Program-made: the position numbers and the translations under genes | Notes under the pieces: model-generated | The model's input: only the letters and a program-made list of their open reading frames with translations | What the model was told of the DNA's origin: nothing | The model's database searches: none | Assembly (NCBI GenBank): GCA_037137395.1 | Contig: JBAXKK010000002.1 | Span: 31,881 to 95,880, forward strand | Reading direction: 5' to 3' | DNA: 64,000 bases | Source of the DNA: Elusimicrobiota bacterium | GTDB taxonomy: Bacteria; Elusimicrobiota; Elusimicrobia; Elusimicrobiales; UBA9959 | Shown here: positions 35,284 to 43,619 of the stretch, piece after piece | How positions within the stretch are numbered: the stretch's first letter is position 1 | How the letters are laid out: each line of letters opens with the position of its first letter

Positions 35284-36735
35284 ATGCCCATAACGAAATC
35301 TACCGGAGCGGTAATCCTAAAAAATTTCCTTGAAATACCCTATGACGAATTAGAGGCGATAAATCTTGAAGCGGCGGAAGCGGCTGAAACACTCCCCCCC
35401 GCGGAACTTGAAAAAAAATACCGCTCGTATCTGCACAAAGAAAAACGCATCAAAGCGGTAACGCTTTGTTTCTCAGATATAGAAGGGCGCTTCCATATGC
35501 TCGACTATGATAAGCAGTATTTTTTAAAAGCGGATGACAACCTGACCTTTGACGGCTCATCCATCCGCGGTTTTTCCGCGCAAAAGGAGTCCGATCTCAG
35601 ACTCGGGATCGACTGGAGCAGCATCTTCTGGCTCCCCTCCGATGTGTTCGGTCCGGGCAAGGTAATTCTTTTCGCCACGGTCCTAAACCGGGACAAGACC
35701 CCCTACGAATCCGATTTCCGTGCGCATCTGGCCGAACTCGCAAGGGAAATGAAAAAAACGCGAGGCATCACCGCGAATGTCGCCGCCGAAGTGGAAGGCT
35801 TCCTAGTAAACGGGCTCAATGCCGAACAAATCTACGATAAAGTGAAGGGGTTTGACCTCATTTCTACCGGCGGCTATTTTCACTCCCTGCCTCTGGACCG
35901 CCTAAAAATATTCATAGACACCGCCGCCGAGTCACAAAGGGCTATGGGATTCAAGAACGAAAAGGACCATCCGGAAGTGGCGCCCTCACAGTTCGAACTC
36001 AACTTTTCTTACGCTAATGCTGTACGAGCCTGTGACATGATCCAGCTGTATAAACTCGTCTGCCGCCAGGTGGCCGCGAACATGGGAATGACCGCGACAT
36101 TTCTTCCAAAGCCGGTTTCCGGAGTGAATGGCAGCGGCATGCATCTTAATCTCTCTTTTTTTAAGGGCGGACAGAATATTTTCTACGATAAGAAAGGGGA
36201 GGACGGCCTGTCAGCGATAGCCTGGAACGCTATTTCACGGATACTTAATAACGCTCAGGAACTTTCGCTTATCTTAAATTCAAGCGTGAACGCCTACCGG
36301 CGCCTGGATCCGCGCTTTGAAGCTCCGAACCAGATCAAGGTCTCCTCCGTTGACCGCGGAGCCATGATACGCATCCCTGCCGGGAACGAAACATCCGCCC
36401 GCATAGAGATCCGCTCAGTCGGTCCGGACGCAAATCCGTACCTCGCTTTATACGCGCTCCTTCGCACAGTCCTGGAAGGATCGCCTCTCACGAAAGATAA
36501 AAGCAAGCGCGACCGCGTACGGTGCCTTCCGGGGAATATCTATGACGCCATACGAATATTCCGCGCAAGCGAATTTATAAAGGCGGTTATGGGCGCGGCG
36601 TCGCACGAAAAGTACGCGTCGCACAAGCAGGCTGCCGCGGATCGCAGTCCGAAAGAGTTGGGAATGATAGTAAAGTCGGCGGAAGTCCTATTCCACCACG
36701 AAGTGACAAATCAAATGCTCTGGCACAAGTTTTAA
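35284..36735 (+). CDS. glnA: glutamine synthetase family protein
   Basis: ORF 35263..36735. Start set at ATG MPITKS. GS beta-grasp N-domain (FSDIEGRFHMLDY) and catalytic domain (KPVSGVNGSGMHLNLS, NAYRRL, IRIP...RIEIRS). Confidence 0.85.
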   Translation: MPITKSTGAVILKNFLEIPYDELEAINLEAAEAAETLPPAELEKKYRSYLHKEKRIKAVTLCFSDIEGRFHMLDYDKQYFLKADDNLTFDGSSIRGFSAQKESDLRLGIDWSSIFWLPSDVFGPGKVILFATVLNRDKTPYESDFRAHLAELAREMKKTRGITANVAAEVEGFLVNGLNAEQIYDKVKGFDLISTGGYFHSLPLDRLKIFIDTAAESQRAMGFKNEKDHPEVAPSQFELNFSYANAVRACDMIQLYKLVCRQVAANMGMTATFLPKPVSGVNGSGMHLNLSFFKGGQNIFYDKKGEDGLSAIAWNAISRILNNAQELSLILNSSVNAYRRLDPRFEAPNQIKVSSVDRGAMIRIPAGNETSARIEIRSVGPDANPYLALYALLRTVLEGSPLTKDKSKRDRVRCLPGNIYDAIRIFRASEFIKAVMGAASHEKYASHKQAAADRSPKELGMIVKSAEVLFHHEVTNQMLWHKF

Positions 36736-36917
36736 CCTGAAAACTTTAGTTGAAGTTTTCCGCCCGCATAGCGGGCGCCCTTCGGGAGGAATACACCCGT
36801 CGGGCCTGTCGCGCATAGCGCTTGGCCCTCCGCCCGCTTCGCGGTGAATCCTGCAGAATAATCCTGTTCCCCTGATTTCTCTATGGGAATCATTCTGAAC
36901 TGCAGGATTCGGGTTAA
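36732..36917 (-). mobile_element. MITE-like non-coding element, copy B (186 bp, inverted relative to copy A)
   Basis: Ends ttaacctgaa (36732-36741) and ttcgggttaa (36908-36917). The glnA stop TAA (36733-36735) lies inside the terminal TTAA. Confidence 0.75.
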
Positions 36918-36936
36918 AAAACGCAAACAGTGAAAC

Positions 36937-37008
36937 GTAAAGAGTAAAGAGTTATAAGACATGAACTTTTTGCTCTTTACGATTTACGATTCCCGCTTTA
37001 CGCTCTTT
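36937..37008. repeat. heptamer array GTAAAGA / TCTTTAC with inverted arm
   Basis: gtaaaga gtaaaga gttataa at 36937-36957. tctttac gatttac gattccc gctttac gctcttt at 36974-37008. The right arm encodes the C-terminal tail (KSVKRES) of the Mo subunit. Confidence 0.8.
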
Positions 37009-39305
37009 ATCGCCGCAAGAACTTTCTCGGGAGTGAACGGCGAAGAAAACAGCCGCGCGCCCACGGCGTCACGCACTGCGTTGGCCACCGCGGGCAGCGG
37101 GCCGTTGATGCCTATCTCAGAAACAGACTTGGCTCCAAAAGGCCCGTTGGGCTCAAACGTAGGAATAAGGATGGTTTTAATAGGCGGCATATCGGCGGTG
37201 TTAAATATTTTATAGCGCCGGAAGCTGGCGTTAAGCGGCGTGCCATTCGAGGAGAACTCCATCTCTTCCGAGAGGGTGTGGCCTATCCCGTTCAGCACGG
37301 CCCCGTCGTTCTGGCCTTCAGCCAGTTCCGGATTTATGGCGGTGCCGCAGTCTACGCAGGAAATATAATTAAGTATCGTTATCTTGCCTGTCCCCGTATC
37401 AACTTCCACTTCCACGAAATTGGCCGCGAAAGGCGGCGGAGAAGTGTGGGCGTAATGGGAGGCTGAAGCCACGATCTGGTGCTGGTCATAATAATAAAGC
37501 GAGGTATTGGCCACCTCGGAAAGGCCGCAGGCCGCTCCGTCTTTCGCTAAAACCTTTCCACCCTCAAGGCGCAGGTCATCAGGCTTCCTGTCAAGGATCT
37601 TCGCCGCCACCGCTATAATCATTTCGCGGACCTTTTCCGCCGTCTTCTTTACGGCGTTGCCGGAAATGAACGTAGTTGATGAGGCGTAAGCCCCCACATC
37701 GAAGGGCGTGAGATCAGTGTCGGATGAATAAACTATGACATCTTCGGCTTTTACTCCGAGGACCTCGGCCGCTATCTGGGCGAGGATGGTGTCGGACCCG
37801 GTGCCAAGATCCGCGGCGCCTACCATCAGGTTGAAGGAACCGTCCTCGTTCATCTTAAGCGTGGCGCTGGCCATGTCTACCTCGGGGATGCCGGAGCCCT
37901 GCATCATACAGGCCATACCGAGCCCGCGCCTCAATTGACCGCTCTGGTTTTTATATTTTTTCTTTTTCTCGTGCCACTTTATAGCCTTAAGCCCCGCCTC
38001 TATGCCGTCATAAAGACCGATAGACGTGATGACCTGCTCAACGCCCTCACGGCCCTCCCCCATGGCTTTAAACACCGGCGAGCCCTCGCCCAGGCGTATG
38101 TAGTTTTTTTTGCGGAACTCCACGGGGTCCATGCCGATCTTTTCCGCCATTATATCCATCTGCGACTCCCAAGCGAAGAAACCCTGTGTAGCGCCGTAGC
38201 CGCGGTAAGCGCCGGAAACCGGCAGATTGGTATAAACGCTCTTGCCTATGAATTTTATATTGTTCGCCACCCTGTACATCGGCAGGGTGTGGGATCCCGA
38301 GCACATCATAACTGTCAGCGCGTGCGAGCCATAGGCGCCGGTATTGAGCGTTATGTCCATCTCGGCGTCTGTTATCGTACCGTCTTTACGAACCCCTGTC
38401 TTTAGCCGCACGATGGCGGGATGTCGCGTGCGCGATGAAATAAAAGTTTCCCTGCGCGTGTATTCAATTTTAACAGGCTTCCCGGTTTTAAGCGTAAGGG
38501 CGGCCGTAATATCTTCAAGCAGAACTTCCTGCTTGGAGCCGAAGCCGCCGCCGATGCGCGGCTTTATAACCCGGATCTTCTTGACGGGCATCCTGAGCGC
38601 CTGGGCCACGATGCGCCGGACGTGAAACGGGACCTGCGTTGAAGTCCTGATGACCAGGCGGCCAAAATGGTCGAAACTTGTTATAACCGTATGCGGCTCG
38701 ATGGCGCAATGCTGGAGATAGGGCATTTTATAGGTATGCTCTATCACAAAATCGGCGTCCTTAAACCAATCTCCGTTCCTGACTTCAAAATCAAATTTGG
38801 CGGCGATATTATGCTTCGCGTCCGGAATATTTTTCGCGTCTTCCTCGTCATGAATTACGGGCGCGCCGTCCTTAACGGCCTCAAAAACATCAAAGACGGC
38901 CGGCAGGATCTCGTAGTCAACCTTTATCAGCTTCAGCGCCGCGTCCGCGGCCTCGGGAGTCTCGGCGGCCACGGCGGCCACCCGGTCGCCAACGAAGCGC
39001 ACCTTGCTGTCAAGCACATATGAATCGTAAGGTGAAGGCTCAGGATACCCCTGACCGGCCGTAGTGTGCGGCACCCGGGGAACGTTCTTATAGGTAAGAA
39101 CGGCTTTCACCCCAGGGACCTTTTCGGCCTCCCTGGTGTCTATTTTTTTGATCCGGGCATGGGCGTAATGGCTCCACAGGATACGGCCGTAAAGCATCCC
39201 GTTGATGTCCACATCGTCGGTGAAGACCGGTTCGCCGCAGGCCAGGCCCAAAGCGTCCATCTTCAGCACGCGCTTGTTAACTACTTTCAAATTTTCAGTT
39301 TCCAT
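36984..39305 (-). CDS. xanthine dehydrogenase family molybdopterin-binding large subunit (set 2)
   Basis: 773 aa. Ald_Xan_dh a/b hammerhead plus Mo-binding domains (GGGFGSK, GEPP-like FGAKSVSE). Confidence 0.88.
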   Translation of the reverse strand: METENLKVVNKRVLKMDALGLACGEPVFTDDVDINGMLYGRILWSHYAHARIKKIDTREAEKVPGVKAVLTYKNVPRVPHTTAGQGYPEPSPYDSYVLDSKVRFVGDRVAAVAAETPEAADAALKLIKVDYEILPAVFDVFEAVKDGAPVIHDEEDAKNIPDAKHNIAAKFDFEVRNGDWFKDADFVIEHTYKMPYLQHCAIEPHTVITSFDHFGRLVIRTSTQVPFHVRRIVAQALRMPVKKIRVIKPRIGGGFGSKQEVLLEDITAALTLKTGKPVKIEYTRRETFISSRTRHPAIVRLKTGVRKDGTITDAEMDITLNTGAYGSHALTVMMCSGSHTLPMYRVANNIKFIGKSVYTNLPVSGAYRGYGATQGFFAWESQMDIMAEKIGMDPVEFRKKNYIRLGEGSPVFKAMGEGREGVEQVITSIGLYDGIEAGLKAIKWHEKKKKYKNQSGQLRRGLGMACMMQGSGIPEVDMASATLKMNEDGSFNLMVGAADLGTGSDTILAQIAAEVLGVKAEDVIVYSSDTDLTPFDVGAYASSTTFISGNAVKKTAEKVREMIIAVAAKILDRKPDDLRLEGGKVLAKDGAACGLSEVANTSLYYYDQHQIVASASHYAHTSPPPFAANFVEVEVDTGTGKITILNYISCVDCGTAINPELAEGQNDGAVLNGIGHTLSEEMEFSSNGTPLNASFRRYKIFNTADMPPIKTILIPTFEPNGPFGAKSVSEIGINGPLPAVANAVRDAVGARLFSSPFTPEKVLAAIKSVKRES

Positions 39306-39323
39306 AAAATTATCTCCGATTTT

Positions 39324-39392
39324 CAGGTTACAGGGGTCAGGTTTCAGGCTACAGATAAAAAATTCCGCCTGCTACCTGCCACCTGTTACCTG
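39324..39392. repeat. heptamer array CAGGNNN / NNNCCTG inverted arms
   Basis: caggtta caggggt caggttt caggcta cagataa at 39324-39358. Inverted heptamers end in cctg at 39371, 39378, 39385 and 39392. Confidence 0.85.
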
Positions 39393-39895
39393 GCGCCTTT
39401 TAACTTTTTCGCGGCGGCTTTTACCGCCGCGATCTGTTTTACATAGCCGGTGCAGCGGCATAGATTTCCATCAAGATATTTCCGGATTTCCTCTTCGGAC
39501 GGTTCGGGATTGGCGTCCAGCAGATGTTTAGAGGACAGGATCATGCCCGGAATACAAAAGCCGCACTGCACAGCCCCGGCTTCAACAAAAGCTTCCTGGA
39601 GCGGATGGGGGTTCTGGACCGTGCCCAAGCCCTCTATCGTTGTGATCTCACTTCCATGAGCGGCGAACGCCGGTATAAGACAGGCAAGCGCCGGCTTACC
39701 GTTAAAAATAACGGTACATGAGCCGCAGTCGCCGGTATCGCAGCCTTTCTTTACGCTCTTGTAGCCGTGGCGCCGCAGGGCGTCCAGCAGAAATTCGGTA
39801 TTCTTCACGCTGAAACTTTTTTTTACGCCGTTAATTCCCAGGCATATCTCAAAGATCCCATTAACGGCTTCGAGTCTGGCGTTCTCTTTTTTCAT
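39386..39895 (-). CDS. (2Fe-2S)-binding small subunit of molybdenum hydroxylase (set 2)
   Basis: 169 aa. CDTGDCGSCTV and CGFCIPG...CRCTGY motifs. Confidence 0.9.
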   Translation of the reverse strand: MKKENARLEAVNGIFEICLGINGVKKSFSVKNTEFLLDALRRHGYKSVKKGCDTGDCGSCTVIFNGKPALACLIPAFAAHGSEITTIEGLGTVQNPHPLQEAFVEAGAVQCGFCIPGMILSSKHLLDANPEPSEEEIRKYLDGNLCRCTGYVKQIAAVKAAAKKLKGAR

Positions 39896-39904
39896 TTTGT
39901 CCTC

Positions 39905-40732
39905 TCAGATACCGTTTAAAAATCTTTTGAAGAGGCTGGAGGCCGCTTCTTTCTTAAATTCGCTCGCGCGGGCGCCGTCCAGGTCGCGCGCAAATTCCAG
40001 CGCGGCCGAATCTATGGTTCCGGAGGTGAGCTTAACTCCGGACAAGGCCTTCTCAGCGGCCAGGGCACGGAACGGCTTTGGCGAGAGCGCCCCCACGGAG
40101 ATACGGATTTCTTTTACCACCCCCCCCTTCACCGAAGCCGCCATAAAAAGCGTCAGATAGGCTTCCCAGCTGGCCTCAGTTTTGGCGAGTTTCTCGAACC
40201 GGCAGATCCAGTTCCGGGTTTTACCCGGGATAATTATGTCAAGGATCAGACAGTCGCGCCCCGGCTTGAACTTAAAATCCCCGCCATAGATATCGGAGAA
40301 CAGATATGTCTTCACACCGATTTTGGAGAGTACCCTAACCTTGGCGTCCAGTCCGATCAGCACTGCCGGAAAAATATTAAAGGAATGCGGCCTGGCGATA
40401 TTGCCGCCTATGGTGGCCATATTGCGGATGAGTTGGCTTGAGCACCGGGCCGCCGCGCCTGAGATAGTCCCGCCGGCCCACCCCCTGACCAGTTTTGAAT
40501 TATCTATGTCGTCAAAGGTCGCCATCGCGCCGATTACAAGGTCAGCCCCATGCTTTTTAATATAGCCCAGAGGCAGGTTTTTAAGGTTGACGAAATTTTC
40601 CACTGTTTCAGGCAGGGTTTTAGCCACCAGAGTCCCTCCGGCCACGGCCAGAGCTTCAGCTTTACGGCTTAAAAGCCAGGCTAGCGCGGCCTGGGGCGTT
40701 TCGGGAAAACTGCAATACTTAATGTTGTTCAT
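39905..40732 (-). CDS. FAD-binding medium subunit (CoxM/XdhB/YgfM-like), paralog B
   Basis: 275 aa. FAD_binding_5 pattern (AGGT..., NMATIGGNIA) and CO-dehydrogenase flavoprotein C-domain. Confidence 0.8.
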   Translation of the reverse strand: MNNIKYCSFPETPQAALAWLLSRKAEALAVAGGTLVAKTLPETVENFVNLKNLPLGYIKKHGADLVIGAMATFDDIDNSKLVRGWAGGTISGAAARCSSQLIRNMATIGGNIARPHSFNIFPAVLIGLDAKVRVLSKIGVKTYLFSDIYGGDFKFKPGRDCLILDIIIPGKTRNWICRFEKLAKTEASWEAYLTLFMAASVKGGVVKEIRISVGALSPKPFRALAAEKALSGVKLTSGTIDSAALEFARDLDGARASEFKKEAASSLFKRFLNGI

Positions 40733-40742
40733 GATATATCCT

Positions 40743-41615
40743 CTATTCGGTCACTTGCGACATGCCACCGGTCAGAATCATGGAGTTCAGAGCCCTCTCA
40801 AGCAGTACGCCGGACATCTCTCTGCGGTAAGCGGCTTCGGACCGGGCGTCAGTGATGGGCGAGACCTCGGTTTTAACCAGCGCCGCGGCCGTGCGTGCGT
40901 TCTCTTTATTAAGTACGCGCCCCGTCAGATAGTTTGCGGTTTTTACAGCCATGAGCGGCACTGGCGCCACTGAAGCGAGAGCTATGGAGGCGGACCGCAC
41001 TTTCTCCCCGTCAAGCTCCAGGGCGACAGCCACCGACGCCTTGGCAATGCCGAAATACGCCCTGGGACCGAGTTTCAAATAAGCGCCGGAGTGCTTCCAC
41101 TTGGGAACTTCAAAAGCCGTTATCAATTCATCCCTGCGCAGCACGGTCTGTTTGGGCCCGCTAAAAAAATTCCGCAGCGGTATTTTGCGCTTTTTGCCTC
41201 TGAGCTCAAGCCAGACATCGGCTCTTTCCGCGCAAAGGGCGCAGGCGCCGTCCGCGCAGGGGCTGGCGGTGGCGGCGTTACCGCCGATGGTAGCCATGTT
41301 CCTTAAAGAGGGGCTGGCAAAATGCGGTATGGCGGATCGGAGGGCGGGAAGCCACCGGCTTATAAGTTCGGAACCGCCTAATTCCGATATCTTGACTCCG
41401 GAACCGATAATCAGGGAGGTTTTTGTTTCTCTTATCCCTTTCAATTCTTTGATATCGCTTATATCCACCCAAACTCGCGAAGCGTCCAGGCCAGCGTTAG
41501 CTCCGGACACAAGGTCGGTACCGCCAGCCAGGTATTTTCTGGAACCGCCGTGAGAGGGCGGCAGCAGCCAGAGCTCTTTCAATGTCGCGGGTTTTACAAT
41601 GTAGGCGTTGGGCAT
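40743..41615 (-). CDS. FAD-binding medium subunit (CoxM/XdhB/YgfM-like), paralog A
   Basis: 290 aa. LAGGTDL and NMATIGGNAA motifs. Confidence 0.8.
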   Translation of the reverse strand: MPNAYIVKPATLKELWLLPPSHGGSRKYLAGGTDLVSGANAGLDASRVWVDISDIKELKGIRETKTSLIIGSGVKISELGGSELISRWLPALRSAIPHFASPSLRNMATIGGNAATASPCADGACALCAERADVWLELRGKKRKIPLRNFFSGPKQTVLRRDELITAFEVPKWKHSGAYLKLGPRAYFGIAKASVAVALELDGEKVRSASIALASVAPVPLMAVKTANYLTGRVLNKENARTAAALVKTEVSPITDARSEAAYRREMSGVLLERALNSMILTGGMSQVTE

Positions 41616-41628
41616 AGTGATTAAGTCA

Positions 41629-41733
41629 ATTCAAGATTCAAGATTCAAGAGATGCCAGCAATTTTTAATCCGCACTTTTAAACTTCAAATCCTTAGTCCC
41701 AAATCTTCAATCTGGAATCTTGAATCTTCAATC
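41629..41733. repeat. heptamer array ATTCAAG x3 with inverted ATCTTNA x5 arm
   Basis: attcaag at 41629, 41636 and 41643. atcttca atctgga atcttga atcttca atcctat at 41703-41737. Confidence 0.85.
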
Positions 41734-42258
41734 CTATATATCTGTTTTGGCTTTTTCCACGGCGCTTATTACCTTTTCGTAGCCGGTACAGCGGCACAGA
41801 TTGCCGGTCAGTCCGCGCTTGATATCTTCCACTGTAGCGTGAGGATTTTCTTTTAAAAGCGCTTCCGACGCAATAATCAGGCCGGGCGTGCAGAAGCCGC
41901 ACTGCACGGCGCCTTCTTCCATAAAAGTTTTCTGCAGGGGATGCAAGCCGCCGTCACGGCCTTTAAGTCCTTCTATAGTGATTAAACGCTTGCCCTGCAG
42001 CTGAACAGCCATCATCAGGCAGGAGTTGACGGCTTTGCCGTCAACGAGCACCAGACAGGCGCCGCACTCACCTTCACCGCAGCCCTCCTTAGTCCCTTTA
42101 AGACCGAGGTCCAGGCGAATAAATTCGATAAGGGACCTGGAGGAATCCAGGTCCCGTTCCACCTTTTCTCCATTCACAAAACATTTGAGGGAGAACTTAG
42201 CGCGGTGCGTTATTTTTTTATTCTTTTCGGTCACGCGTATGCCTGTCCTAAAAATCAA
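41734..42258 (-). CDS. (2Fe-2S)-binding small subunit of molybdenum hydroxylase (set 1)
   Basis: 174 aa. CGEGECGACLV and CGFCTPG...CRCTGY motifs. The annotated start overlaps the upstream gene by 11 nt. Confidence 0.88.
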   Translation of the reverse strand: MIFRTGIRVTEKNKKITHRAKFSLKCFVNGEKVERDLDSSRSLIEFIRLDLGLKGTKEGCGEGECGACLVLVDGKAVNSCLMMAVQLQGKRLITIEGLKGRDGGLHPLQKTFMEEGAVQCGFCTPGLIIASEALLKENPHATVEDIKRGLTGNLCRCTGYEKVISAVEKAKTDI

Positions 42259-43573
42259 AGCCCATTCCGACCAGGAACTTCACGCCGCTCAGCGTCAATG
42301 TGTCGGCTTCGCCGGCTATGCCGCCGCGCGTAAAGTTCATAGTATTCATTTCGTAGCGCAGTTCGGCCACGAGTTGTGTCTTGTCCGCTATCCGTATCCT
42401 CAAGCCTACGGGTACGCGGACCATTAAGCCCAGCGCTAATTCCTCCGTGGGCTTAACAAAGGAGCCATTGGTATAGCCCTTTACATAAGGCAGCGTGAGC
42501 GAGTTGAGCGACATCCCAATTCCAAGTCCGAAATAGGGGTCGACCTTCTCGCCGGGATGTCTGATAAGCAGATCGCCGCTGATACCGAAGGTTTTGACTG
42601 TGGCGTAATCGTTGGTATAAAACTCCATACTCCCGGGAGCGGCGCCGTTGAGGCTCCAGGTGGTCTTCTGAGCCGCTATATTGCGTTTCTCATAAGAGAA
42701 TTCCAGATCTCCGCCCAGGGCGCCGTTTCCGAAGCCGCCGACGCGGAAAGCGATCGGGCCGAAGCCTTCGGTAACGAGTTTTTCGAATTTAACGCTTCTG
42801 TAATTGCTGGAAGCATAAGGCGACAGGGGATTACCGAGAGAAATACCAAGGGCGTTACTATAGGTGTTATCAAGCTGTATATTCCCTTTGGAATTAGAAA
42901 ATTCCAGGTCCATTTTAGGAGAACCGAAACCCATAAACACGTCAAAGAAGCCATACTGATGTTTTCCGCGCGGCTTCCTGACGGCGGCTGTCTGCTTCAT
43001 GGCTGGCTGCTCATAAGCAGGCTGCTCATACGGCTGCGCGTACGCGGACTGCTGTGACTGGCCCGGCTGCGTGGCCGCGTCGCCCACCCAGTCCTTTTCC
43101 AGATCCACCTGAGAAGCGCCTATGGCTTGCGCGGTTTCGGTTTTTATAAGACGGGCGTTAACCTCTATCTTGCCGGCCTGCATTTCCACCAGGGTGCCGG
43201 TAACAATGGCCTGCACGCCCAGGAGTTTCCCAAGTTGCTGAGTCGAAGTGGCGTCCATCATGCCGGTGGACTGGAGCTTGAGCTCACCCATAACCTTATC
43301 CAGCATGCTGCGCTCCACAACTTCAAATTTCCGCTGTTTTATCAGGCGCATAGTTATGCGTTCCGACACTATAGCCCCGTCCTTAGTCGCAACCCGGCCG
43401 TCCGCGTAGGAGAAGGGCAGAATTGCGATCTTCTTATTGGTCAGGGTGGTTCCCGCCTCGCTTATCTCCCGGGCTATCTGATCGTACTTGTCCTCAGCGA
43501 AAACTACGCCGTTAAAATTTAAAAACAAAGCGCCTAATATAAGAACTCCGGCAATTTTAAATCTGCTCATCAT
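42248..43573 (-). CDS. outer-membrane protein: N-terminal LpoB/CsgG/FlgO-like domain, Q/P-rich linker, C-terminal beta-barrel
   Basis: 441 aa. Signal peptide, KKIAILPFSY...FEVVERSMLDKV...AIVTGTL module, QPYEQPAYEQP linker, alternating-hydrophobic strands ending ...VGMGFDF (terminal Phe). Confidence 0.6.
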   Translation of the reverse strand: MMSRFKIAGVLILGALFLNFNGVVFAEDKYDQIAREISEAGTTLTNKKIAILPFSYADGRVATKDGAIVSERITMRLIKQRKFEVVERSMLDKVMGELKLQSTGMMDATSTQQLGKLLGVQAIVTGTLVEMQAGKIEVNARLIKTETAQAIGASQVDLEKDWVGDAATQPGQSQQSAYAQPYEQPAYEQPAMKQTAAVRKPRGKHQYGFFDVFMGFGSPKMDLEFSNSKGNIQLDNTYSNALGISLGNPLSPYASSNYRSVKFEKLVTEGFGPIAFRVGGFGNGALGGDLEFSYEKRNIAAQKTTWSLNGAAPGSMEFYTNDYATVKTFGISGDLLIRHPGEKVDPYFGLGIGMSLNSLTLPYVKGYTNGSFVKPTEELALGLMVRVPVGLRIRIADKTQLVAELRYEMNTMNFTRGGIAGEADTLTLSGVKFLVGMGFDF

Positions 43574-43619
43574 TCCACCCTCCTAAAGTTCAACCTGCGT
43601 TTTTAAAAAGATTTTTGAT

